From assembly GCA_002373935.1 (NCBI GenBank), contig DFKW01000004.1:27704-91703 (forward strand): a stretch of DNA of 64,000 bases. Direction: 5' to 3'. Origin of the DNA: Alphaproteobacteria bacterium UBA3635 (GTDB taxonomy: Bacteria > Pseudomonadota > Alphaproteobacteria > Rs-D84). The position numbers and the translations under genes were made by a program. The notes beneath the pieces are model-generated. The model had not been told where the DNA came from. It worked only from the letters and a program-made list of their open reading frames with translations, and searched no databases. Positions 19,820 through 30,195 of this stretch are shown piece by piece (position 1 is the first letter of the stretch; every line of letters starts with the position of its first letter).

Positions 19820-21439
19820 ATGAAACCAATAAAAACATTTTTATTTGTGTCGGGTGGATTGGCCGCCGGTTTGGTGGCGATTCATTTAATGCGCACAACG
19901 CCCCCAACCACGAATACGGTCGGGAAAATACCAACAACAAATTATGGTGCTTTCTTGGCGGCACAACACGCGTTATACACCAATAATTTTGACCGGGCCG
20001 AGGAATTTTTAGACCAAATCGATACCGCATCCCGCGATTATAAATCTGTCGCAGAAATGCGCGTTTTAACCGATTTTTTGAACGGCAAAATACCCGACGA
20101 TATTTCGAATTTGAAAAAACAAAAAACCATCGCATCACGGATTATTGTTGATGCAAACCTGGTACAAAATGGCAAATGGGTTGATGTTTATGCACGACAC
20201 AAAAATGACACCATGCGATTGATGGCACCTTTTCGTATTTGGGGTGGGGTCGCAAATAATTACATAACAAAAAGTTTCAAATTTATTGATTCTTTGGGAA
20301 CAAATCCGTCGTGGCAGGCGTTTCTGCGCGGGCAGATTTATGCCGAACAAGGCAGGGCGGAAAAGGCCGCCGCCGCATTTGATGGGGTGAAACCTGAATT
20401 TTTGAATATAAATGATTATTTGTATTTGATGTCTTTTTATAAACATCACAATATGGATGCGCGCGCAAACAGTTTGCGAACAAAATTCACAACCAAACCC
20501 GGCAGTATGTTTATGATTGGATATAATAATATTCCCGATTGGTCGGTGTTTTCGGGGTATAAAAACCAATTGGCATTTAATCTGGTTCAAACGGTTGCAC
20601 ACACGCAATCTTTGGCACATTCTGATTTGTCTTTGATTTTGCTGCGGTTTGCGGAAAATGTTGCCGATAAAAACCAAATCCAAAGCGACGCAATAAATTA
20701 TCATTCGGGTTTGTATATGATGGCAAATATGGGTAATTATGATAAATATTTTTCTACCATAACCGAGGCCAGCCCGTATTATCCGTTTGTAAAATTGCGT
20801 TTGGCGGAATTAAACCATAATGAATCTGATGTGCGGCATGCCGTACGCGCGCAACCGTTGTTTATACCGGCGATAAATTTATTGGTTGGATGGGAAACTC
20901 AGCGCGGAAACAAAAACGCCGCATTGCGCGTAATTGACGACACATTGAAAAACCCGGATATTTCAACCGCGGCACGTGCGTATATGTACAAAATGCGGGC
21001 CGAGGTGAATTTTATATTCCAAGATATCCCCGCATCACAACACGATATTGATGCCGCATTAAGATTGATTGAAAAACCGGACCCTGATATTTTCAGTATC
21101 CAGGCACGCATTTGGGCGGCACAAAACACCAATTTGGACCGCGCATACGCGTACAGTTTGGCATTGGTGCAATTTGCGCCCGGTGACATGTGTTCGTGGG
21201 ATACATTGGGATATGTTATCCACGCCCGTGAAGGAGTGGTTGCCGCATTGGATGTAATGGAACGCGTTGGCGAAATTTCTAATTCTTGTTCGGCATTATT
21301 CGAACATTTGGGTGATTTGTATGTCGAAAACGGCGACGAAAAATTGGCCCGTGATGCGTATAGTCGCGCGATTGAATTGTCTGATGACGGGTTGGTTGTA
21401 AAACCTGTTTTGGAAAAGAAATTAAAAAAGGTTCAATAA
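19820..21439 (+). CDS. Exported TPR-repeat protein
   Basis: N-terminal hydrophobic segment; C-terminal WDTLGYV..FEHLGDLY...ARDAYSRA TPRs. Confidence 0.75.
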   Translation: MKPIKTFLFVSGGLAAGLVAIHLMRTTPPTTNTVGKIPTTNYGAFLAAQHALYTNNFDRAEEFLDQIDTASRDYKSVAEMRVLTDFLNGKIPDDISNLKKQKTIASRIIVDANLVQNGKWVDVYARHKNDTMRLMAPFRIWGGVANNYITKSFKFIDSLGTNPSWQAFLRGQIYAEQGRAEKAAAAFDGVKPEFLNINDYLYLMSFYKHHNMDARANSLRTKFTTKPGSMFMIGYNNIPDWSVFSGYKNQLAFNLVQTVAHTQSLAHSDLSLILLRFAENVADKNQIQSDAINYHSGLYMMANMGNYDKYFSTITEASPYYPFVKLRLAELNHNESDVRHAVRAQPLFIPAINLLVGWETQRGNKNAALRVIDDTLKNPDISTAARAYMYKMRAEVNFIFQDIPASQHDIDAALRLIEKPDPDIFSIQARIWAAQNTNLDRAYAYSLALVQFAPGDMCSWDTLGYVIHAREGVVAALDVMERVGEISNSCSALFEHLGDLYVENGDEKLARDAYSRAIELSDDGLVVKPVLEKKLKKVQ

Positions 21440-22312
21440 ATGGTATTTCAAACGGTTGGTATTATCGGCGCAGGCGCGTGGGGAACGGCGTTGGCGATAA
21501 ATATTGCACGGGGCGGCAAAAAAGTCGTCCTGTGGTCGTTTGATGGCGAATACAAGCATTTTGACGGGGTTGATACACCCGCAAATTTAACCGTGGTTCA
21601 AAAATCGTATGATATTGCAAATACGGATGTGTGGCTGTGCGTGACACCGGCGGCGTTTTTCAAAGACACATTGAAAAAATTTGCACCGATTTATAACAAC
21701 CAACCGATTATTATCTGTACCAAGGGCGCAGACAGCAAAACGCATGAATTTATGGGCGAAATTTTGGCATATGTATTACCGCAATGCATGGATTTCGGCG
21801 TTTTATCGGGTCCACAATTCGCCGCCGAGGTGGCGTGCGGCGTTCCCACCGGTTCGACTTTGGCGGGAACGAAACGCGTGTTGGACGCGGGCAGGGCGGT
21901 TTTGAATTTGGCACACCTGGACGAAACAGATGATGTTATTGGCGCACAAATTTGTGGTGTTGGAAAAAATGTTATGGCGTTGATTGCCGGGTTTTTATCA
22001 ATCAAAACGGCCGGCGAAAATGAACGCGCGATGATATTTACGCGGTGCTGTAATGAAATTATAAACATCGGTATTGCCATGGGGGCAAAATTACAAACAT
22101 TTACCGGTCTGTGTGGGTTGGGTGATTTGTTTTTATCGGCAACATCCACAACCTCTCGTAATTTTTCGGGTGGTGTTGCAATTGCAAACGGGACACAATT
22201 GGTTGGCACGGTCGAAGGCATTTTTGCATTTGACACGATATTAAATCGTGCCGAAAGATTGGGTATAAAAACACCGGCACTGACCCAAATAAAGAGCAAA
22301 ATGAAAATATAA
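21440..22312 (+). CDS. gpsA: NAD(P)H-dependent glycerol-3-phosphate dehydrogenase
   Basis: IIGAGAWGTALA, LSGPQFAAEV, GLCGLGDL..SRN, VEG. Confidence 0.93.
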   Translation: MVFQTVGIIGAGAWGTALAINIARGGKKVVLWSFDGEYKHFDGVDTPANLTVVQKSYDIANTDVWLCVTPAAFFKDTLKKFAPIYNNQPIIICTKGADSKTHEFMGEILAYVLPQCMDFGVLSGPQFAAEVACGVPTGSTLAGTKRVLDAGRAVLNLAHLDETDDVIGAQICGVGKNVMALIAGFLSIKTAGENERAMIFTRCCNEIINIGIAMGAKLQTFTGLCGLGDLFLSATSTTSRNFSGGVAIANGTQLVGTVEGIFAFDTILNRAERLGIKTPALTQIKSKMKI

Positions 22313-22344
22313 AAAAACGCCGGTCAATACCGGTGTTTTTTTTT
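22311..22344. terminator. Bidirectional terminator, same repeat family
   Basis: AAAAAAACGCCGGTCAATACCGGTGTTTTTTTTT. Confidence 0.7.
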
Positions 22345-22363
22345 AACTTTTTTATTATTTATA

Positions 22364-23293
22364 TCAAAACAAATAGGCAATATAAAACCCATATACACAT
22401 AAAAACAATGCGCCCATCCAACGCGGAATTTTACCCGCCAAGCCACACAAAATCATCGCAATTGTTGCGGCAACCATAACCCAAAAACTGTCCCATAATG
22501 GTGGGATTGGGGTAGGGCGTATCAATCCAATAGCACCCATAATTAAAAATATGTTGGCGATATTACTGCCGATGATATTGCCGTACGCAACTGACGCGTG
22601 TTTATGTATTGCCGCAATGATTGATACCGTCAATTCAGGCAGAGATGTTCCAAACGCAATCAATGTCAATCCCACAACAGATTCTTTTACCCCCCAAATG
22701 CGCGCCAATTTTGATGCAGACGCCACCAACAAATCGGCACCATATACGATTGCCGCAATTGATAAAATCGACAATGTGCTATATATCAAAACCGATATTT
22801 CTTTGCGTCGTGTTAAATGCAGGTCTTCGGGTTCGGGTTCTTTGTCATAACAAATAACAAAATACCCCAATATAAACAGAATAAAAAATATGCCGATAAT
22901 TGTGTCCAGATACCCAAACCACATAGTTAAACCCAACAAAAATACCGACATTATTAAAAACAGCCCATCACGACGAAAACCGGCGCGTTCAATGCGTACA
23001 GGCGACAACAATGCCGACAGACCTAATATAAGTAAAATATTTGAAATGTTTGACCCAATGATATTACCAAACGCAATCCCCGGCACCGGTGGCGTTGCCG
23101 ATAACGCGGTCAATGATGCGGACAATTCCGGCAGAGATGTTCCGCATCCCATTAAAACAATGCCAATTACCAATGGTGACAGGTGTAATTTTTTTGCCAG
23201 TTTTACACCAGAGTGGACCAAGACCTCGCCACCACCAACCAATAATGCCAAACCAACAATAAACAACAAATATATCATTTTTTCACCCATCAT
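22364..23293 (-). CDS. Calcium/sodium antiporter (YrbG family)
   Basis: Two GTSLPEL...GNIIGSNI alpha-repeats. Confidence 0.93.
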   Translation of the reverse strand: MMGEKMIYLLFIVGLALLVGGGEVLVHSGVKLAKKLHLSPLVIGIVLMGCGTSLPELSASLTALSATPPVPGIAFGNIIGSNISNILLILGLSALLSPVRIERAGFRRDGLFLIMSVFLLGLTMWFGYLDTIIGIFFILFILGYFVICYDKEPEPEDLHLTRRKEISVLIYSTLSILSIAAIVYGADLLVASASKLARIWGVKESVVGLTLIAFGTSLPELTVSIIAAIHKHASVAYGNIIGSNIANIFLIMGAIGLIRPTPIPPLWDSFWVMVAATIAMILCGLAGKIPRWMGALFLCVYGFYIAYLF

Positions 23294-23328
23294 ATTTGCA
23301 ATATTTTGCCATCGTGACGCGCGTTTTT

Positions 23329-24546
23329 TTATTCATAACGCAAACTATCAATCGGGTTTAATTTCGCCGCCTTGATTGCCGGAAAAACGCCAGACGCCAA
23401 ACCAACAACGATAGCGACCGTCACCGACAACACAACCGGCCAAATACTTAACGGGACATTATAACCCAACCACAAACGACCGACACCTTGGGCCAATAAC
23501 TCGCCCAATAACAACCCGGTCATAGAACCAATAAACGAAATCAAAACAGATTCCGACAGGAATTGTATAATAATATGTTTTTCGCGCGCACCAATGGCCT
23601 TGCGCACACCAATTTCGCGCGTTCTTTCCGCGACAGACACCAACATCATATTCATAATACCAATCGAACCCACCAACAAAGACACCGCCGCAATCGCCAC
23701 CAGTAATAATTTGATATAACCCGTCACCGTTGACATTGTTTCCATAACCTGTTTCATGTCGGTAATTTGAAAATCGTCTTCATCGGTGTCTTTTAACCGG
23801 TGACGCGAACGGAGCAGGGCGGTTATTTGTTCGGTTGCGATATTGTTATCGGCATCTTGGTATAATTTCAAAACAATTGATTGAACGGCGTTGGGAAAAC
23901 GACTGCCCGACAGGCGTTTTTTTAATGTTGTAATTGGAATTAAAACCAAATCATCGGCACTGCCCATTACGGAATCACCTTTGGCTTTTGTGATGCCGAT
24001 AACAACAAATGGCGTGTTTTGTATTCTGATTATTTCACCAACCGGATTTGCCCCCATACCCAATTCAGACGCCGTTTCCGGCCCAATCACCGCGTATGTC
24101 GCCGCGTTTTTTACCGCATCCATATCAAAAAATGTGCCGTGTTCTATTTCGACATTTTGGACGGTTTGATAATCCGGATACACACCAATCATTGATGTGG
24201 ACCAATTTTTATTACCAAAAACAACCTGGGCACCGGACATCTGCATAGGAGTCACGGCGGCAACATCAGGTAATTTTGCCAAAAATTCTGCGTCATCGGT
24301 GGTCAATGTTTGTTTATTTCCGGTTCGCACGCCCGCAACACGCGCCGCACCCGCACGAATAACAATTGTGTTTGTCCCCAGTGACGAAAATTGGTCGTTG
24401 ATTGATTGTTGCACGGTTTCGCCAACCGCAACCATTATCACCACCGCCATAACACCAATAATAATACCCAACACGGTCAAAAAAGAACGCAATTTATTAC
24501 CACTGATTGACAGCCAAGATTCTTTCATAATATCGTTAAAGGTCAT
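23329..24546 (-). CDS. MacB-family ABC transporter permease
   Basis: RSFLTVLGIIIGV; GIMNMMLVSVAERTREIGVRKAIGA; PAIKAAKLNPIDSLRYE. Confidence 0.93.
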   Translation of the reverse strand: MTFNDIMKESWLSISGNKLRSFLTVLGIIIGVMAVVIMVAVGETVQQSINDQFSSLGTNTIVIRAGAARVAGVRTGNKQTLTTDDAEFLAKLPDVAAVTPMQMSGAQVVFGNKNWSTSMIGVYPDYQTVQNVEIEHGTFFDMDAVKNAATYAVIGPETASELGMGANPVGEIIRIQNTPFVVIGITKAKGDSVMGSADDLVLIPITTLKKRLSGSRFPNAVQSIVLKLYQDADNNIATEQITALLRSRHRLKDTDEDDFQITDMKQVMETMSTVTGYIKLLLVAIAAVSLLVGSIGIMNMMLVSVAERTREIGVRKAIGAREKHIIIQFLSESVLISFIGSMTGLLLGELLAQGVGRLWLGYNVPLSIWPVVLSVTVAIVVGLASGVFPAIKAAKLNPIDSLRYE

Positions 24547-25304
24547 TTTGATTCCCTTTTGTGTTTTGGCATTAAATCAGATTCAGAGCGTGGGATTTTT
24601 CCGTCGTATGTGACACGCCCGTCGTAAATGTGAATCAGGCGGTCCGAATATTTTGCAATATCAAATTCGTGGGTAATCATCACGATTGTTATTCCCATAT
24701 CACGATTTAATTTTTTGAAAAACTGTAAAATTTCATTTCCCATTTTGGAATCTAACGCGCCGGTCGGTTCGTCCGCCAAAATCAACTTTGGTGTTCCCGC
24801 CAGTGCGCGCGCAATCGCAACGCGTTGTTTCATACCGCCCGATAATTGCGTCGGCAAATATGTTTCAAATTCAGACAACCCCACCAATTTCAGCATTTCG
24901 CGCGATTTTGATACGCGTTCAGACATCGGCAATCCACGATACATCAATGGCAACATTACATTATCCAAAATGTTTCTTTTGGGTAATAAATTAAAGTTTT
25001 GAAAAACAAATCCTATATATTCATTACGCACGATAGCCAATTCATCCGCCGTCATGGTTGATATGTCGCGGCCATATAATTCGTATGTTCCCGATGTCGC
25101 AGAATCCAGCGCACCAATTATATTCATACATGTTGATTTTCCGGACCCCGATGGCCCCATAATTGATACAAATTCCCCGGATTTAATGTTGATATCAATA
25201 TCAAACAACACCTGTTGAGTGCCACCAATTTCCAACGGAAAACTTTTGCAAATTTTATGTAATGATATGATGTCGGTCTGAGTTGCCATCTGATTTTTTC
25301 CCAT
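24543..25304 (-). CDS. ABC transporter ATP-binding protein (MacB/LolD-like)
   Basis: GPSGSGKS, LSGGMKQR, LADEPTGALD. Confidence 0.93.
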   Translation of the reverse strand: MGKNQMATQTDIISLHKICKSFPLEIGGTQQVLFDIDINIKSGEFVSIMGPSGSGKSTCMNIIGALDSATSGTYELYGRDISTMTADELAIVRNEYIGFVFQNFNLLPKRNILDNVMLPLMYRGLPMSERVSKSREMLKLVGLSEFETYLPTQLSGGMKQRVAIARALAGTPKLILADEPTGALDSKMGNEILQFFKKLNRDMGITIVMITHEFDIAKYSDRLIHIYDGRVTYDGKIPRSESDLMPKHKRESK

Positions 25305-26485
25305 TACATTGGACCGCCACCCATTGGACGCCCACGCATTGTTGATTTTTTACCGGACGATACCTGGCCAACACGACCCACGATGATTTTATCACCAAAT
25401 TGAATTTCGTCTGACACAATCTGGGTTTCGGTTGCAGTCACCAGGCCTTTTTCAAACGGAATAATTACAACCTGTTTATCACGCAACACCGCCAGATGAT
25501 TTTCCGGTGACACATTGGCGGCCGCCGGGTCGATATTTGCAAACGATTTTACCAAAAACGCCGAATTTGGCGCATACCACGCGTCTTCGGCACGATTGAC
25601 AACAATTGTGACAAATGCGGTCATGCCCGGCATCAATAATAATTGTTCATTATCAACATCTATCACCACGGTATATACCACAACATTAGATGTCGTTGTT
25701 GGCGACAGGCGAATTTGACGAACAACACCAACAAATGTATTACCCGGATATGCATCAACCGTAAAATGCACAGATTGTCCTTGCTGAATCATGCCGATAT
25801 CGGCCTCGGATACCGCGGTTTCAATTTGCATTTTGGTTAAATCTTCGGCAATTTCGAATAAATCAGGGGTTTGGAAAGATGCCGCAACCGTTTGACCTTT
25901 ATCAACCTTGCGCGATATAACCGTACCATCAACCGGGGATGTAATTGTTGCATACCCAAGGTTTGTCACGGCCTTGTCATATTGGGATTGCGCACGAGTC
26001 ACGGCGGCGACAGATTGTTCGTATTGTGATTGCGATTGTTCCATTTCGGCGCGCGCAATAAAACCGTCGGCGTATAAAGATTTGTTGCGAACATAATCAG
26101 ATTTCGCCAAATTCATTTGTGATTTCGCAGAATCCAATGCGGCCTGGGCCTCGGTCACAGATGATTGCAAAACCGACGGTTCAATTTTCAATAAAATATC
26201 ACCTTGTTTTACACGGGAATTAAAATCAACAAATATATCCTCGATTGTGCCGGAAACCTGGGAACCAACACTGACAGTGTTGACGGGACTGATTTCGCCG
26301 GTGGCACTGACGACCTGTTCCATGTCACCACGCGATACATCAATCGTCACAAATGCGCCGCGTGCACCCGATTTTTTTGCACCACCCAAAAATATAAAAC
26401 CCAAAACAACAACAACGATTATTATAATCGTCCACCATTTGTGGCGCCACATCCACGAAAAAAATCCCTTGATTTTATTCCACAT
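25304..26485 (-). CDS. MacA-like periplasmic adaptor subunit
   Basis: VGSQVSG, ITSPVDGTV, GQTVAASFQTP, LMPGMTA. Confidence 0.92.
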   Translation of the reverse strand: MWNKIKGFFSWMWRHKWWTIIIIVVVVLGFIFLGGAKKSGARGAFVTIDVSRGDMEQVVSATGEISPVNTVSVGSQVSGTIEDIFVDFNSRVKQGDILLKIEPSVLQSSVTEAQAALDSAKSQMNLAKSDYVRNKSLYADGFIARAEMEQSQSQYEQSVAAVTRAQSQYDKAVTNLGYATITSPVDGTVISRKVDKGQTVAASFQTPDLFEIAEDLTKMQIETAVSEADIGMIQQGQSVHFTVDAYPGNTFVGVVRQIRLSPTTTSNVVVYTVVIDVDNEQLLLMPGMTAFVTIVVNRAEDAWYAPNSAFLVKSFANIDPAAANVSPENHLAVLRDKQVVIIPFEKGLVTATETQIVSDEIQFGDKIIVGRVGQVSSGKKSTMRGRPMGGGPM

Positions 26486-27800
26486 CAGAACCCCCATCCA
26501 ATTTTGATTGTATATCACCAATCGCCAGCGCAACCGCCGCGCGTTTTATATATAAATCATATTTTGCCGCATTGTGTTGGTTGCGTGCATCAACCAATTC
26601 AGATTGCGCCGTTTGCCAATCCAACATTGTTGCGCGTCCAACCCGATACATCCCCGATGTCACGCGTTCTGATTCCGTTGCAGATTTTAACAATGCCGCC
26701 GTTTGTTCCAATACTGTTTTTGCGGTTTTATAATTTTGATACGCCGTGAACACATCCATCATCGCGTTGTTTGACACCGCACGTTCATTGTCAGACGCCG
26801 CATCATATTGCGCAACCGCCGCACGCGCGTTATACATATTGGCAAAACCCGCAAATATCGGCATTGATACAGATATACCAATCCGACCATCGGCACGGGA
26901 ACGCACATCATCAAACAACCCACCAACATTTTGCGCATTGGTGCCAATACTGGCCGATGCAGAAATCGATGGCAAATTTTTCAAAAACGCGATATTACGG
27001 CGATGCCACGCGGCGTCTTTATTCGCCGTCGCACGCAGCAAATCAGGCCGCTGTTTACGCGCAATTTCAATCAATTTATCAATATTTTCACTTTCCGCAT
27101 CACTGCCAAAAGATGCCGGCATATCGGCGATTGTAATTTCGTTATCCGCCGGGAAAGATAATTTTGTCAGCAAGTTGCCCTTGGTAATTTCACGATTGTT
27201 TTTTGCGCGTTCTAATTTTAATTCGGCGGATGCAAGCGTCGTGTCGGCTTTATACACATCGGCCTTGGCCACGGCACCGGCCTTGAACTTTTTATCGGCG
27301 GTATCTTTGGCGGTTTGCGCAACCGTCAATGCCATTTTCGCAGATTCAACATTTGCATTTGCGTTTAACAATTCATAATACGCACCAATCACAGAATATA
27401 TATAATTTTGCACCGTTTCATCATAATCAAAACCCGCCGCACGATATGTCGCCAATGCCGCCGCAACATCAGATGTCCGCCGCCCAAAATCAAATATCAA
27501 ATATCGGGCGGATAAAGACGCCCCATATTCCCAATCTTTGTGCGATTTAATACTGGCACGCGATGCAGAAACACCCGCATCCACCGTCGGTAAATACGAT
27601 GCATACGCCGCGTTTTTTGTAAAATGTGATGCACGATATGATGCATACGCCGCGGATGTTTGTGGATTGCGACATAAACCATAATCAATAACTTGTTGTA
27701 ATGTTAAAACCATATCGGGGACCGTGCGCAATTTTGCACAATCGTCGGCACCATATACCGCACATGGAAACACCGCAAAAAACAGCAAAAATTTCCTCAT
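26475..27800 (-). CDS. TolC-family outer membrane efflux protein
   Basis: Signal peptide; two OEP repeats (YLIFDFG, SMPIFAG); first gene of the MacAB-like operon. Confidence 0.9.
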   Translation of the reverse strand: MRKFLLFFAVFPCAVYGADDCAKLRTVPDMVLTLQQVIDYGLCRNPQTSAAYASYRASHFTKNAAYASYLPTVDAGVSASRASIKSHKDWEYGASLSARYLIFDFGRRTSDVAAALATYRAAGFDYDETVQNYIYSVIGAYYELLNANANVESAKMALTVAQTAKDTADKKFKAGAVAKADVYKADTTLASAELKLERAKNNREITKGNLLTKLSFPADNEITIADMPASFGSDAESENIDKLIEIARKQRPDLLRATANKDAAWHRRNIAFLKNLPSISASASIGTNAQNVGGLFDDVRSRADGRIGISVSMPIFAGFANMYNARAAVAQYDAASDNERAVSNNAMMDVFTAYQNYKTAKTVLEQTAALLKSATESERVTSGMYRVGRATMLDWQTAQSELVDARNQHNAAKYDLYIKRAAVALAIGDIQSKLDGGSDVE

Positions 27801-27951
27801 AAAACATTCTCTCTATTTTAATAAAATATATCAAAAATCATAATGTTGCGCAATAAAAAACGACGGGCAAAAACCCGCATTTATTCAGGCAAAATTTTAT
27901 GTTGCAAACACGGCTTTTTTTGTTTAACATGCAAGCACACAACGCATCAAA

Positions 27952-28025
27952 GGCCAGGTGGCAGAGTGGTTATGCAGAGGACTGCAAATCCTTGTATGCC
28001 GGTTCGATTCCGACCCTGGCCTCCA
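27952..28025 (+). tRNA. tRNA-Cys(GCA)
   Basis: GGCCAGG acceptor stem, GGACTGCAAATCC anticodon arm, GTTCGATTC T-loop, CCA end. Confidence 0.96.
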
Positions 28026-28037
28026 ATTTTTTTCAAA

Positions 28038-29120
28038 ATGATTGATTGTTTAACTCTGACCGATTTTAGAAACCACAAAACATCGCGCATAAATACACAT
28101 GGCGCAAAAAACATTGTTATCATTGGCGAAAATGGTGCCGGCAAAACCGCCGTACTGGAGGCGATATCCATGTTATCCGGGGACCGTGGTATGCGCGGGG
28201 CGGACATGTCTGATATTGCGCGATTTGGTGGCACGGGTGGTTTTTCGGTGTTTTGTGAAACCACGGGCGACGATTTAATATCTGTATATTTTAACCCGGG
28301 CGAAAATAATCGGCACGCAAAAATAAATGACGAAAATGCCGCATTGGGGGAATTGGGAAAAATATTGCGCATTGTGTGGATTTCCCCACGCGAAGACCGT
28401 TTGTTTGTGGATAATGTCGCCGACCGGCGCGCATTTTTTGACCGCATGGCATCTAACTTTGACCCGGCACACATTGGGCGCACCGCACGATTTTCAAAAC
28501 TGTTATCGGAACGGGCGGCGGCATTAAAATCGGGCGCAGATGCACATTGGTTGGACGCATTGGATGACCAATTGGCGGGTGTTGCGGTTGCGGTGGCGAC
28601 GGGGCGCGTGCAATATGCGGGCGAATTAAATTTCTTTTTGGAAAAATTTAGTGTGTCGGTTGACGGCATTATCGAAAAAATGATAATTGCGGGCACGCCT
28701 GCGGCGGCGGCAGAACGCGAATATCGTAATTATTTGGCACAAAATCGCGAGTTGATATATGACAAAATGGTTTTGGATGGGCCACATAAATCTGATTTCG
28801 GGATGTTTAACAACGAATTAAATTTGCCGGTAAAAACCACCAGTACCGGTCAACAAAAAAACGCGTTATTTGATTTGGTTTTGGCACACACAGATTTATT
28901 ACACACAAAAACAAAACAAAACAGTATTGTATTGCTGGACGAGGCCGCCGCCCACCTGGACGCGGGGACGCGCGCAAAAATTTTCAAAAAATTAAACGAT
29001 ACACATACCCAGGTTTGGGCAACCGGATTGGATGCCGGGGCGTTTGTTGATGTGCCGGACGCCGTATTTGTCACTTGCGCGGACGGCGAAATTAGTTCTA
29101 TAATCCATCCGGAGATTTAA
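28038..29120 (+). CDS. recF: DNA replication/repair protein RecF
   Basis: LTDFRNH, GENGAGKT..LEAIS, RRAFFDR, GPHKSD, STGQQK, LLDE. Confidence 0.93.
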   Translation: MIDCLTLTDFRNHKTSRINTHGAKNIVIIGENGAGKTAVLEAISMLSGDRGMRGADMSDIARFGGTGGFSVFCETTGDDLISVYFNPGENNRHAKINDENAALGELGKILRIVWISPREDRLFVDNVADRRAFFDRMASNFDPAHIGRTARFSKLLSERAAALKSGADAHWLDALDDQLAGVAVAVATGRVQYAGELNFFLEKFSVSVDGIIEKMIIAGTPAAAAEREYRNYLAQNRELIYDKMVLDGPHKSDFGMFNNELNLPVKTTSTGQQKNALFDLVLAHTDLLHTKTKQNSIVLLDEAAAHLDAGTRAKIFKKLNDTHTQVWATGLDAGAFVDVPDAVFVTCADGEISSIIHPEI

Positions 29121-29121
29121 C

Positions 29122-29589
29122 ATGGCAAAAATTGATTATCAATTATTACTGGATGGGGCGTTAAAATCTGTGGTCAAAGACGCGTTGATTTATGCCCAAA
29201 TAAACGGTCTGGGCGACGGGGCGCATTTTTTCATTACTTTCAAAACCCGTGACCCGGGGGTCCAGTTGCCTGATTTTTTACGCATGCGGTATCCCGACAT
29301 TATGACGATTGTATTACAGTATTCTTATACAAACCTGCATGTGTCGGACAAAGAATTTGGTGTGCAGTTGACATTTGATGGGCGGCCGTTTTTTATTCGC
29401 GTGCCATTTTCCGCATTGGTTGAATTCAAAGACCCGTCGGTTGATTTTATTTTAACATTTCAACACAAATCTATGCCGGAATCTGCGGATAACGATATGG
29501 AATTGCCGTTGGATGAAAATAAAAATTCTGTGCCGGACGATAAACGCGTCGTGTCATTGGATGAATTTAGAAAGAAAAAAATGCAATAA
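29122..29589 (+). CDS. sspB: ClpXP adaptor SspB (alphaproteobacterial type)
   Basis: HFFITFKT, YPDIMTIVLQ, DPSVDF, C-terminal VVSLDEFRKK. Confidence 0.9.
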   Translation: MAKIDYQLLLDGALKSVVKDALIYAQINGLGDGAHFFITFKTRDPGVQLPDFLRMRYPDIMTIVLQYSYTNLHVSDKEFGVQLTFDGRPFFIRVPFSALVEFKDPSVDFILTFQHKSMPESADNDMELPLDENKNSVPDDKRVVSLDEFRKKKMQ

Positions 29590-29624
29590 AAATCGTCCAA
29601 ATGGACGTTTTTTATTTTAACATG

Positions 29625-30125
29625 TTATTTATTGAAAATTTCGCCGCGAAAGTCCGGGTCACCCAAAAAATTATATGAACAACGATATGTGCACAGGTTT
29701 GCACATTCGGCGGTATTGCGGAACTCACCACGATATGCCCATTTTGTCGGTGTTGTTTTATGTATATCGGATGTAGTCGCAATTATTTTACACCAACAAT
29801 GCGGACCGCGTTTTTCCGCCGCAATAAACATCCCATCGGTGTTTTTGTCGTTGCATGTACTGGTCCCCAGGACATTTGTTTCATCATAAAACGCGCGCCA
29901 ATCACCCGGATTTAATCCCGTTGCATGATTTTTCGCACTTTCGTCCAATTGGTAATAGCCCGAACCAAATCGAAACCAATCGATATTCGTGTCATCAACA
30001 TATTGCGGAATATTTTCCGCCACCGCATCGGCAAAATCGTTCGTGACATTTCCATATTCGTCGTATTCAGCAAACGCCGGTACGCATACAAACATCAATA
30101 AAAACGCGATAATTTTATTTTTCAT
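29625..30125 (-). CDS. Secreted Cys-rich hypothetical protein (CWC...W...CxxxCxxxC...DFR domain)
   Basis: Signal peptide; C-terminal domain paralogous to the end of 42109-43644. Confidence 0.75.
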   Translation of the reverse strand: MKNKIIAFLLMFVCVPAFAEYDEYGNVTNDFADAVAENIPQYVDDTNIDWFRFGSGYYQLDESAKNHATGLNPGDWRAFYDETNVLGTSTCNDKNTDGMFIAAEKRGPHCWCKIIATTSDIHKTTPTKWAYRGEFRNTAECANLCTYRCSYNFLGDPDFRGEIFNK

Positions 30126-30195
30126 AATTCATATTATATCACAAAAAATATAATAAAAAAAGGGGGGCATGCCCCCAATTTTTATTTTTTTATTT

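Noticed and set aside
27843-28037. N-terminal extension of the recF ORF in the ORF track
   Set aside because: It runs through the tRNA-Cys gene; RecF homology starts at ATG 28038.
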